Below, one piece after another: positions 12,401 through 22,150 of a stretch of DNA of 64,000 nucleotides (its first letter is position 1; each line of letters opens with the position of its first letter). A model generated the notes under the pieces. It searched no databases. It saw only the letters and a list, made by a program, of their open reading frames with translations, and had not been told where the DNA came from. The position numbers were made by a program, and so were the translations under genes. The DNA is from Minutocellus sp. GHC0000111 (Eukaryota), in NCBI GenBank assembly GCA_977018835.1, contig OZ361257.1:930001-994000 (forward strand), in the 5' to 3' direction.

Positions 12401-12606
12401 GGGTTAGGGTTTTGAACGGGCTGGTGAAGGGCTTTAGGGAGGTCATATCAGATGTGGTTGAAACAAAGACAAAGGAAGCTATCGTTCAGCAGATCGAGGA
12501 AACGATTGTGAATGTGAATGCTTATCTTGCCGATAATCCAGACTTGCTGTTGAATGTCCTTGCGATCGACATTGATGACTTGGAAGAGAACGTTGTTTAC
12601 CTGTAG
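6424..12606 (+). CDS. Large (~2000 aa) membrane-anchored protein of unknown function; intron 12278-12397
   Basis: 5.9-kb open frame with N-terminal TM segments and beta-rich G-x-V-x-T-x-x-G-x-G repeats. The GTAAGT..TTACAG intron joins in frame to LNGLVKGF...NVVYL*. Confidence 0.8.
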
Positions 12607-12727
12607 AGTAGCCAATCTAATACAGTAGCATGCTGCGTTTCAGCGTTTTGCGATTTTAGATTAAGTTGTTTGTTATACCCTTCGCTACACGTAGGTGCTT
12701 CCCTGCCCATCCACACCCTCAGTCTCC

Positions 12728-15035
12728 TCATCTAGCAGCACGAAGTGCACCCTCAAGACCCCGCGGTTCGCCACCCTCGTCCATATCGTCATCATAGTTG
12801 TCGTCGCTATGCCTGCGACCACTGCCACCGCTGTTTCGGCGCTTTCCTCCACCTCCACCGCTTCGCCTTCTTCTCTTTGCCTTTCTTCCCGTTCGGCGAT
12901 TGTCAGTCTTGAAGTCGTCACCGGGCCCAAGGATCCTTTTCGTGGAAAAGCCCGGTGGAGGCCTGGGCCACTCGGTAGGGCGTTCTACCAGGACATCGAA
13001 GGAGGAAGCAACTCGCATGAGCACCCTGGAACGCTTTCCTCGCCGACCAAAGCGATCGTTCGCAACCTTCCGAATAGGAAATGTGCACAACCTCCATCCT
13101 TCCCAAATCGCTTCGGGATGCAACTGCAGCGTCGGATGCCTCCGACACTTCACCTGCTGTTCCACCGCCCATCTCGCTGTCACCCATAGCGGCATCGACT
13201 GCCGCCGCATCTTCATTCGTTGCATCAGGAGGAGGAGTGGAACCAATTTCCAGCGCGCTTGATCCATCTAGGGCTACACCAGCGGCTGGAGGAGCTGTCG
13301 CAATCGGAGGGAGAGGATTTGCATCGGCACCGAGCGTTTCCGGGGGAGGCGACGGCAATTCCGTAGACAAGGCGGCAAGTGCCCGAGCAGCGGAGTACTT
13401 ATCCTCGAACAGGATGTTGCAGGAGAGCTCACCAAGCCATTCAACGTAGGACGGACCGTACATCTTGAAGTAGGCCATGATATCATCCGAACGAATCTGT
13501 TTGAAGGCCGCCCAATCAATGCCGAAGATATGGATCTTCTCAGGGACAACAACAGCCTTGTCGGCTTCATTGTCTCCTTCCATGTCGCGATTTTGCTCGT
13601 CAGTGTCCTCTCTTGCCTCAGAGGAAGTATACAGATTCTCTGGGGGATCCAGCCTATGCTCGCCAACTAGGTCCTCATTGTCCCATGCTTGCTCGACAGG
13701 GAGAGGTCCCTTGGCAGCAGCCGCTGCGGCTTCGGCTTCGGCCTTGGCCTCCTCGGCGGCGTCCATCTCATCGTCTTGCGGATTGCCCCCCTCGGCATCC
13801 TCTCCCTCCTCAACCTCTTCGCCCATTTCACGTCGACGCTTTTTGTCTTCTTCGGCGAATCGCTCCTTCCTCCTCTGCGCCTTGGCTCGTTCCTCGGGAC
13901 TTAAATCATCAAACCCAGTCGCAAATCCACGCTCTGGGTTGGCCCGCAGCCTCCGTGCTTCGCTCCACTTGAAGAAGGCATCGGGTGGGGGCTGCTTGTA
14001 TTCGGTACCAAATTTGGCCGCCCGTGCCTTGGCCTTGGCACACTCCTTCTCGTACTCGGCGAGCAATTCCACCTCTCCAGGCATGCCGGTACCAGCACCG
14101 CTGGCACTGCCGTCGCTGCCCATTCCCATGGAGGGAGCCATCAACACGTTGACAAACCCACCCTCCCTCTTCTCCTCTGCGATGGGGATGCCATCGATAC
14201 CCCCAAATGCCGAGGGGATGGGCATGACGCGGATGTTCCGCACACGCAGATCGCGCGAGTTCCTCCCAAGGGCCGAATTGCCCACGCCCACACAACGGAC
14301 GGCATCGACGCCCGAACGCAGCTGATTGTACAGAGTGTCGTCCAGCGTTCCGATGCAGCGCTGTCCGGGACAGTTGCCAACGCCGCAGCTGAGCTTGCCA
14401 CCCTGCAGAATGATCCAGTAGGACTGGTATCGGTTGTCGGTGCAGACCCTGGAGGGGAAGGTAACGTCGACGGCCTCGGATTCGTTGACGTGCCGGCGGA
14501 TGACGGTGGACAGATTGCCTGCCGCGCCAAAGTGAACGACGTAGGTTTTGCCCATGTCGTAGTACGAATTGGGCGACAGAGCCACGGCGATGCATTCTCG
14601 AGCCATGGCTGCGAAGATGAGAGTAAAGCAAGGCGGAGATGAGATTATTCATTCGTCTGGCCGCCGACCAAAAAACAATATCTGCATGCAAAGCAACACA
14701 TGTTGTGCATCATCCTTGCATCCGGACTCACCTTCCAGCGTGACCACCATACCCCTACCGGCGTTGCAACCGTCGGCAAGCCTCAGCTTGTCGTGAAAGT
14801 GCTCATAATCCCAACCGCCGCATTTGCGATCCATCGGTGCAGTGCGGAGGGTGGTGCCTTCCTCCAGACGGACGGTGGGCGTTGTGGCGAGTGCGGCCTC
14901 GGCTGCATCGGTCGGGGGATCGGCGGGCTCATACCAGCCCTCGCCCTCGGCGGATTTGGACACGTACGAGGTGGTCGTTACATACTCGCACTGGGAGACG
15001 GCGGTGTGCTCCACCTCTCTGACCTTGGAGGACAT
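12728..15035 (-). CDS. NCBP3 (DUF2414)-domain RNA-binding protein with N-terminal FAMeT-like domain; intron 14609-14731; frameshift ~13095
   Basis: PEKIHIFGID..SDDIMAYF..YGPSYVEWLGELSCNILFED matches the NCBP3 RRM-like motif. Splicing gives VTLE-AMARECIAVALS. The C-terminal GWRLC..VLMRVA lies in the next frame. Confidence 0.7.
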
Positions 15036-15182
15036 GGTGGGGTTGGGCTGGTGTTGATAAAGCAATAAATGAGCGGGTGCGTGCGGTGGCGTTCGAGCGA
15101 AGGAAAAAGCCTGTTGTGTCATTTGGAAACTTTGAACCTGAGAATTGAAGAATTCAAAAACGCCGAAGCAATTCTATTCGCA

Positions 15183-15246
15183 TATTGGCCGAGTTTAGCT
15201 TTGATCTGGCATGACACAATGATTATTGGCCGAGTTTAGCTTTGAT
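15183..15246. repeat. 23-bp direct repeat x2 in a divergent promoter
   Basis: TATTGGCCGAGTTTAGCTTTGAT at 15183-15205 and 15224-15246. Confidence 0.85.
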
Positions 15247-15286
15247 AACATTGCTCGTCCTCGCCATCACTGATTGTTCCGCCAAG

Positions 15287-16724
15287 ATGAATAGGCAGCT
15301 CATTGTTCTAACGACCACTGCCATACATGTACTGACTGTTTCTGGTCTCGCACATGCGTTCTCTCACCATCCGTCACCTCCCTGGCGGTCGCAGCTACGA
15401 GTATCGCCAAGCAGTAGTAGAAGAAGAGACGGCATCGTTCTTCGATATCGCGACGATGGTGCTGCTGAAGGAGCAAGTGCAAAAAAACAGAACCACCAAG
15501 AGCAGCAGGGCCCGACAGCGAAGAGGCGGTTTAGAAGCAGAAGAACAAGACAGCAACAACGGCAACAGCAACAATCACAGCGGCAGAGGGAACCACGTCG
15601 TCGGAGAGAACGCTATCCGGTCTCTTCCTTCAGTCACAAATTGTTCTCGCACTCTCAAATCTTGCCTCCACTCGATGTGACCGAACTACCTCCTACGCAA
15701 GCAGACAGCACCAGTGCACCCCAAGATACTGCCAGCACAACGCTCGCAATACCGTATTCCGACACCAACAGATTTACGTCGGAGATGCTCATCACTGCGT
15801 CAGAGGGATGATCCAGATGACGAGAGCTGTGTGCCGACTGTGTGTGGACCGCTGCCAGTGACGTACACCAACTCGCCCAGAGTGGTGGAAAGGTGGCTCG
15901 CCGACAATGTGCCGGGGAGTGGAAGGGGGGCATCCTTCGTGGGGTTCGATGTGGAGAGTGTTCCCAACGCACCGTGGATCAAACATCAGGCCCTGTTCGA
16001 CGGACCTGCCGTCGTCCAGGTATCAACTCCTGATTGTGCCCTGGTAGTGCAGCTTACTCGTGATAGATACCAACGTCAATCGACAGCCTGTACGGCCGTA
16101 TCGGCATTGTTGTCGGACCCATCCATCGTCAAAGTTTGCACTTCAATTGATGAGGATATGCTGGAGCTTTATCGATTCAACCGTCAGCTGAAGGCACGTT
16201 CGCGATTTGATCTCGGAGGAGTGGGTTCTGGGCGGGGCTCCAAGCAACGGATTGGATTGCAACGGTTGGTCCGGGCCGTGTTGGGCGTTGAGATGAAGAA
16301 GTCCAAGAAGCTCGCAATGTCGAATTGGTCCAAGCCCCTCACGAAACAACAAGTCGAGTATGCTGCACGTGATGCATGGGCTGGCGCGGCTGTCATTGAC
16401 GATTTATCGAACAGACATCCGGAAACTTTCAGTGCGGAGAGTATCGCTCGATTGTTGCGAGACGAAAGGCCGATACAGGAGATACACAAGCGCGCCACGA
16501 GAAGGAAAAAAGCGAGAACGCAACTGAAAACAATTCGGGAACAATATCAGCAATATTCAGCGTTTGACTTGCAATACAAGCCACAAAAGTTGGGACTGCC
16601 GCCCATTGTTATAGAAGAACTAGATCGACTGACGGAAGTACTAGAGGAAACATCTCCCGATGGACTTATTGGCTTCGATGCGGAGCCGCTGGGCCTTGCG
16701 TTTGACAACCAGCAGAGGAAGTGA
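15287..16724 (+). CDS. DEDDy 3'-5' exonuclease (WRN-exo-like), probably organelle-targeted; frameshift between ~15714 and 15810
   Basis: VGFDVE (ExoI), RFDLG, GLQRLVRAVLG..KSKKLAMSNWSKPLTKQQVEYAARDAW (ExoIII). Leader ends AHA-FS. Confidence 0.85.
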
Positions 16725-16910
16725 ATACTGGGAACTACGTGTAGATATTTCTGTGGGTATGTGTATGAATAAACAGTTGAAACGTATCATTGAACTTATT
16801 ATCGGTATTGGGAATTGGGAACCTTCGCTACTATCATTTAGTGCATATGTTTTCGTTACTAGCTAGTCTAGTACTCTCCAGAAATAATACCTTTCCTCCA
16901 AAACGCCATC

Positions 16911-17786
16911 TCAAGCGCAATCTGGTCCATATCGGATCCGAACAACACCCTTCTTACTTTTGATTGGGCCTTTGATTCCCCAGCCTCGGTCCTTTAGGTC
17001 ACCTGTGCTCTTCACGTGGGTGCCTCCGCAAGGACAGGGGTAGTTCGCAACGCTGACTATTCGGACAGTCTCGCCAGGGTAATCACTGAAATCGAAATTT
17101 TGTGCAATGTTGTTGCAGACCTTATTGGCTTCCTCCTTGGAAAGAGTTTGGATGGTAGTATCAATATTCTCCTCAACAAGATCCTTAAAAGCAGCCTGTA
17201 AATTTTTCAACAGTGTCTCCCTTTCTTCAGGTGGAATTTTACCACGATATTCCACGTAGGGGCCGTCTAAAAAGTGGTACCCCTTGGTCGGTGGTAAATT
17301 CTGCCCGCACCGCGCCATGGCCGAATCCACAACATGCCCTGCAGTGTGGCATTCTGACAACAGCCTTCTGGTATCGGCATCCACTGACACCTGCACCTTT
17401 GATCCAACCTCAAAAGCAGCAGCAGCAGCGTCACCTGCATCGCCATCGGCATCAGCATCACCATTATTATTGACCATAGTCCCAGCATGAGTAACGACGC
17501 CAGTCTCCCGATCAATCGTCACCTTCTCGACTTTGAGCGCGGGACTGCCTTCGGCGATTGCAGCAGATATGACACCAAGATCGGTAGGTTGCCCGCCACC
17601 CTGTGGATGCATCGACGTTTTATCCAAAACCATCGTGTACTGCTGCTGGTAAGGGCGGGACGACTGCTCGCTGTTGGCATCAACATCGCCACCAGCAATC
17701 TTATCAAAGGCAACGACCGTAGACTCGCATTCCAGGCAAAAATTTCCTTCGTATGTGAGATGGATCAGCTCTGTGGGTTCGACCAT
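16911..17786 (-). CDS. Alanyl-tRNA editing protein AlaX
   Basis: LDKTSMHPQGGGQPTDLG, plus Zn ligands HTAGH and CPCGGTHV. Confidence 0.9.
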   Translation of the reverse strand: MVEPTELIHLTYEGNFCLECESTVVAFDKIAGGDVDANSEQSSRPYQQQYTMVLDKTSMHPQGGGQPTDLGVISAAIAEGSPALKVEKVTIDRETGVVTHAGTMVNNNGDADADGDAGDAAAAAFEVGSKVQVSVDADTRRLLSECHTAGHVVDSAMARCGQNLPPTKGYHFLDGPYVEYRGKIPPEERETLLKNLQAAFKDLVEENIDTTIQTLSKEEANKVCNNIAQNFDFSDYPGETVRIVSVANYPCPCGGTHVKSTGDLKDRGWGIKGPIKSKKGVVRIRYGPDCA

Positions 17787-18454
17787 GGTTGTTGTTCTTC
17801 GCAATAAAAAATCATGAGCGAATGAGTTGCAGAGTGCAATCTTCCCTTTTGATCCTTTTTAGAATTTTTCTCTTTCTTCAAGTTTCCCTCTATTTTTACA
17901 AAAACTTGCTCTCGTCTGTTTGTCGTCCGTTTATTTTGTAAGCAGATAACCCAACGCTGAAAAACATCCTTTATCCGTTCATCTTTTCTCCTCGAGATGT
18001 GAGTAGTAACCATGGCTGACGGCGGGCTGGAGCGGGGGCAGGTTGCCACCAATCAATACAAAAGCCATCCCATTGGCGTATTGGGGAGCGGAGTGTTGTG
18101 AGCATGGGCATGGCGCGACCCAGAACATGGTACTCTGCCGACGGGCGGCCGGCCGACCGAGGTTGCCTCCAACAGGTTATGAGGCGCTGCGTTTGTTTGC
18201 CCCGCTTGCGGCATCCCAGGTCGATTTAGCTGAGATGACCGATAGAAGTTGCAAGTGGAGCCACACAACAACCCTTCTTGCTGTTGCACTCTGTTGGGAC
18301 AGCTCCTGTATTCGCTTTGGTGGCGGCACTTTTTTCTTATCGAACGATTCCATCATTTGACTGATTCCACTTTTTTTCCGCCACCGCCACTCTACACCCC
18401 ACCACAGTGATCAAACTTTTTGCGTAGCCTCTTTTACAAAACCACAACAACAAG

Positions 18455-18919
18455 ATGCCCCACTCATACGGAACCCGCGCGCGTACCCGCCACATGTTCG
18501 CCAAGAACTTCCGGCAAAAGGGACCCATCCACCTCTCCCAGTACATGATGTCCATCAAGGTCGGTGACTATGTTGACATCTTTGCTGATCCCTCCATCCA
18601 CAAGGGTATGCCCCACAAGCACTACCACGGCCGCACCGGTATCGTCTTCAACGTTACCAAGTCCGCCGTCGGTGTCCGTGTGAACAAGCTCGTCAACGGC
18701 CGCATCCTCGAGAAGCGCATCCACGTCCGCATCGAGCACGTCCGCAAGTCCAAGTGCCAAAAGGAGATCCTCGCCTCCTCGGCCGCCAAGACTGGAGTCA
18801 AGGTCAACCTCAAGCGTACCCCCAAGCAGCCCCGTGCCGGATACTTCCTTGCCGCCCCTGGCGAGCACGGAGAGGAGATCACCACCATCCAGCCCATCCC
18901 CCATTCCAACCTTATCTAA
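18455..18919 (+). CDS. RPL21: 60S ribosomal protein L21 (eL21)
   Basis: [40 protein letters not shown] with strongly biased codon usage. Confidence 0.97.
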   Translation: MPHSYGTRARTRHMFAKNFRQKGPIHLSQYMMSIKVGDYVDIFADPSIHKGMPHKHYHGRTGIVFNVTKSAVGVRVNKLVNGRILEKRIHVRIEHVRKSKCQKEILASSAAKTGVKVNLKRTPKQPRAGYFLAAPGEHGEEITTIQPIPHSNLI

Positions 18920-20419
18920 GCAGAAAGAAATATTTTTATATGAAAATAAATACTGTAACGATCAGGTTGATACGATTTGACTGAGCACAACAGATGGTCC
19001 AATCTCGTATCGTAGATGGGCGTACTGTATTTCTGCCAAGTCAATGCAAATATTTTTATTTGTGCTGGCTTTGGTATCATCATTACTAGAGGAGCTGCCA
19101 AAATAAGGCGGTGCACTTTATAAGGCGGAGCTACTTGTCATCCGCCAACCCTGACTGCAGCCACTAGGTAATTACTAGTAGAAGCTAGCGCTACTAGTAG
19201 GTAACCACTACCAAAACGCTCATCTGCCCCCCTTCGAGGGAGGCGGGACCAATATATTTTTTGACGGGACCAAGCCCATTTACTAGCAGTTTGTTAGCCG
19301 CCTTATTTCGTCACTCGGTCAGAGCTCGAGGCGGAGCCTCGAAATTTCTTTTCCCTCTGCTTGGCACCTTCTCGTCAAAATGAGCGACTCCCGATTTTTG
19401 GAGGCAGTTACCACACCTAGTACTTCAATTTACACAAGAGCACTAGCCGGTTTCATTTTTGCATTTAGTCATGTCGAAAACCAACAACATCACCTCAACT
19501 TCCCCGCCTTGCTTGTTTTGGCAACTCCTCTACCATGTGTGCCGAATGGATGGTCTACTTTAAGTAGAATTTCTATTGTAGACCGATTGAGCATCCAAGC
19601 CATGCCGGCACGACTGTCGTTCCGGCACCGGTGGACCCTTCAACTCAACTGCTGCATTCGTTCACTCCCTTCTCTGGACAAATGGATGGACCACCGCCGC
19701 CTTGCCGGTGTGTGGTGTAAAAGTTTCGGTGGTGGTCGAAGGCCGCCGCCGCCAAAAAATCGCAAACGCTGAGCACATTACCGGGAGGTTTGAAATTCGG
19801 TCTTTTCGCTCTTTTCGTCGTCGTCGGTCTCGGGCAGCGCTCAATTTGCTGTGGGATTTTGAATCAAAGAAGGATCGGGGTGGAACTCGAAAACGAGCCG
19901 ATAGAATCGGCTGTATCTTCTCCATGTGATTACACACATCATGTTTAAGCGAGGGGAGGAATGGCATCAAAATCGGAGCTTTGCGTTTTGAGACATCTTG
20001 GGGTTCTCTTTCGTGTCTTATCTTAGTCGACTGAGTCGAGTCAAGTCAACAGCATGTGATGTACGTACGGTACATGTGCTCGTACAGAATCACCCTCCCG
20101 CTGACCATGCCGCCCCAAAAAGAACAATGGTGCCAGGACCGCTGTCGCCTTCGTTTGCTGTTCACATCCCTCCCCTTTATCGCAAGCATGTGTTCTACAT
20201 CAATCGCTTTCCAGGCATGCCAGCTTATTTTGCCTCTCTCTTGAAATGACTTCATCGTCCTGCGCTGCCCTCTCGGGACTGGACGCTCGAAACGCCCGAA
20301 AGCAAAGTATCTAGCTACGTAGCACTTGCCGGCCTCTCGGCAAACATGCTTGAGCTATCGCCAGTCAACGAAACCATTTATCTTGTGTCTTCGTGTGAGT
20401 GAACAAGGATTAAGAACAA

Positions 20420-21007
20420 TCACCATCGTTTCCAGCACATCAGTTGCTTCCGCTTGGCAAGGAGGTCCGGAAAAAAATCTTCACTGCATCGCGACTTTTG
20501 AACTTTGATCTCGCGCGAAAAGGGTGGTGGGTGCTCAGATGCTCGCATGCACAAGTGGTCCATGGTCGACACCCCGGCCTCAAAGCTCGCAATATCATTG
20601 AGTGATTTGTCGCTCGGAACTCCTTCTCCTCCGCCATGCATTTTCATTACAGCCTGTCTCCCTTCCTCGGTCAATGCAGTTTCGTCGTACGAAAGTAGGT
20701 CGATCATTGCATCGCCTGCCCTCAAATGTGTCAACGCACCTCCAAATCGATTGACATCGGACGGCTTATCGATTGTACACCCCAAAACTTGAGTGTAAAA
20801 TTCAAACATTGCCCTGTAGTTGTGGCACCGTGTTACGACATGGTCGAGTCGTTTGAGATCATCAAAAGGTGGGCTCTTCTTTGCAAATGTTGGCGCCGAC
20901 GCCGATGCTGATGCCGAGGAGAATGCATCGGCACAGCAGCAGGGCTTCGTTGTACTTGATGGCATAATGGCAAAGAAGAATACAGAAACGATGTGATATC
21001 GGTGCAT
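20420..21007 (-). CDS. VOC/glyoxalase family protein, C-terminus apparently truncated
   Basis: RLDHVVTRC..FYTQVLGC..HLRAGDAMIDL..MDHLCMR. The final DPxGNxxEL module is absent. Confidence 0.65.
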   Translation of the reverse strand: MHRYHIVSVFFFAIMPSSTTKPCCCADAFSSASASASAPTFAKKSPPFDDLKRLDHVVTRCHNYRAMFEFYTQVLGCTIDKPSDVNRFGGALTHLRAGDAMIDLLSYDETALTEEGRQAVMKMHGGGEGVPSDKSLNDIASFEAGVSTMDHLCMRASEHPPPFSREIKVQKSRCSEDFFPDLLAKRKQLMCWKRW

Positions 21008-21328
21008 TTTGCTACATAGAAGTAGACTGCTTCAGCTGCATTTGGTCGACCAGCATGATGGCATCGCCTCATTCGGCTGCGCGTTTCCAGCGCATATCGA
21101 AAGTATCAAAAATAAAGTGATCCACGTGGAAGCAAGCTCCACCGTTGAACTTCTCTCGCTCATCAACGCGCGGCCACAGCACACTTGAAACACCGACACG
21201 ACAAATAAATGTCAAGCAAGATGCCGATGAGGGCAATGTCATGCTCCTTTAGTCCATATTAGTCTACCTCCCCTTGTACCTTTACCAGACAAACCAACAA
21301 AACACGTGCCACCACAGTGCTGCGAGTA

Positions 21329-21766
21329 ATGGCCGCCGCGGGGGTCCGGTTTGGACGAGTCGTTCTCATGGCCCGAGGGGCAGAAGGCGTTGCGAACTCC
21401 GTCAATTTTTACCAAAATGCCCTGGGCCTAACGGTGATACGGCATACCGACGATTGGGCCGAGCTGGCCTGTCCGGCGGGGGATCGATCCGGACAGCAAA
21501 CACCGGCCGCGGGATCGGATGTCACGGAGTCGGGACCGTCATTTCGTCTGACTATCAAATCGGTCGAGTCAGAGGCGCACCTGAGCACTGGTTATGGCCC
21601 CATCCTCACCTTTGACGTCGATGACATGGACATGACAGTGGCGCGATGCGCTCAGATGGGCGGAAAGCTTGACGGTCCGATCCAGTATCCGGCGCATGGC
21701 AAGGTTGCTGCACTTCGCGCTCCTGATGGCTACGTCATTGGGCTTTACGAGCCCTCTATTGCGTGA
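21329..21766 (+). CDS. VOC/glyoxalase family protein
   Basis: SVNFYQNALGL, LTFDVDDMD, GPIQYPAHGKVAALRAPDGYVIGLYEP. Confidence 0.85.
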   Translation: MAAAGVRFGRVVLMARGAEGVANSVNFYQNALGLTVIRHTDDWAELACPAGDRSGQQTPAAGSDVTESGPSFRLTIKSVESEAHLSTGYGPILTFDVDDMDMTVARCAQMGGKLDGPIQYPAHGKVAALRAPDGYVIGLYEPSIA

Positions 21767-21853
21767 CACCCCTGAATTGAGATTAGGGTAAGTGGAAAAT
21801 CTTGATTGATCACTGATTGGCACGAACCTACGTCTAAGGAGAAAGATCAGAGC

Positions 21854-21953
21854 AGAGAGCGATGAGGACTATCAATCAGCTACACAGATAGGGTTTTAGT
21901 CTACTCGTTTCAACCGTGAAAAGACAACTTTAGGTATTTTACCTGAGCTCTCT
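21854..21953 (+). ncRNA. Candidate box C/D snoRNA
   Basis: Terminal stem AGAGAGC/GCTCTCT directly flanks a C-like box (GCGATGA) and a D box CTGA (21943-21946). Possible internal D' CAGA and C' GTGAAAA; ~100 nt, intergenic. Confidence 0.45.
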
Positions 21954-22150
21954 CGTATCTTCTTTTGTCGATGGACTCAAAAGTCATGTTTTTCCATCAT
22001 CGTCAACAGCGTCGTGCCTAATCATTATCTCGATTTTCATTTCAATATGTTGAATCACTTTCATTTACAGGTACTGTAGTCCAGGAGCTCAAAAAAAGAT
22101 CTCAAGTAAATGTAAATTAGATGTATTAGTATACTAGATACAGCATCATT

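Noticed and set aside
18960..19085. Minus-strand C/D snoRNA (ATGATGA ... CTGA) downstream of RPL21
   Set aside because: The sequences flanking the boxes do not form the expected terminal stem, and I recognised no guide.
19380..19772. 130-aa ORF and neighbouring short ORFs
   Set aside because: No recognisable motifs or coding-like composition; treated as non-coding or TE-derived.
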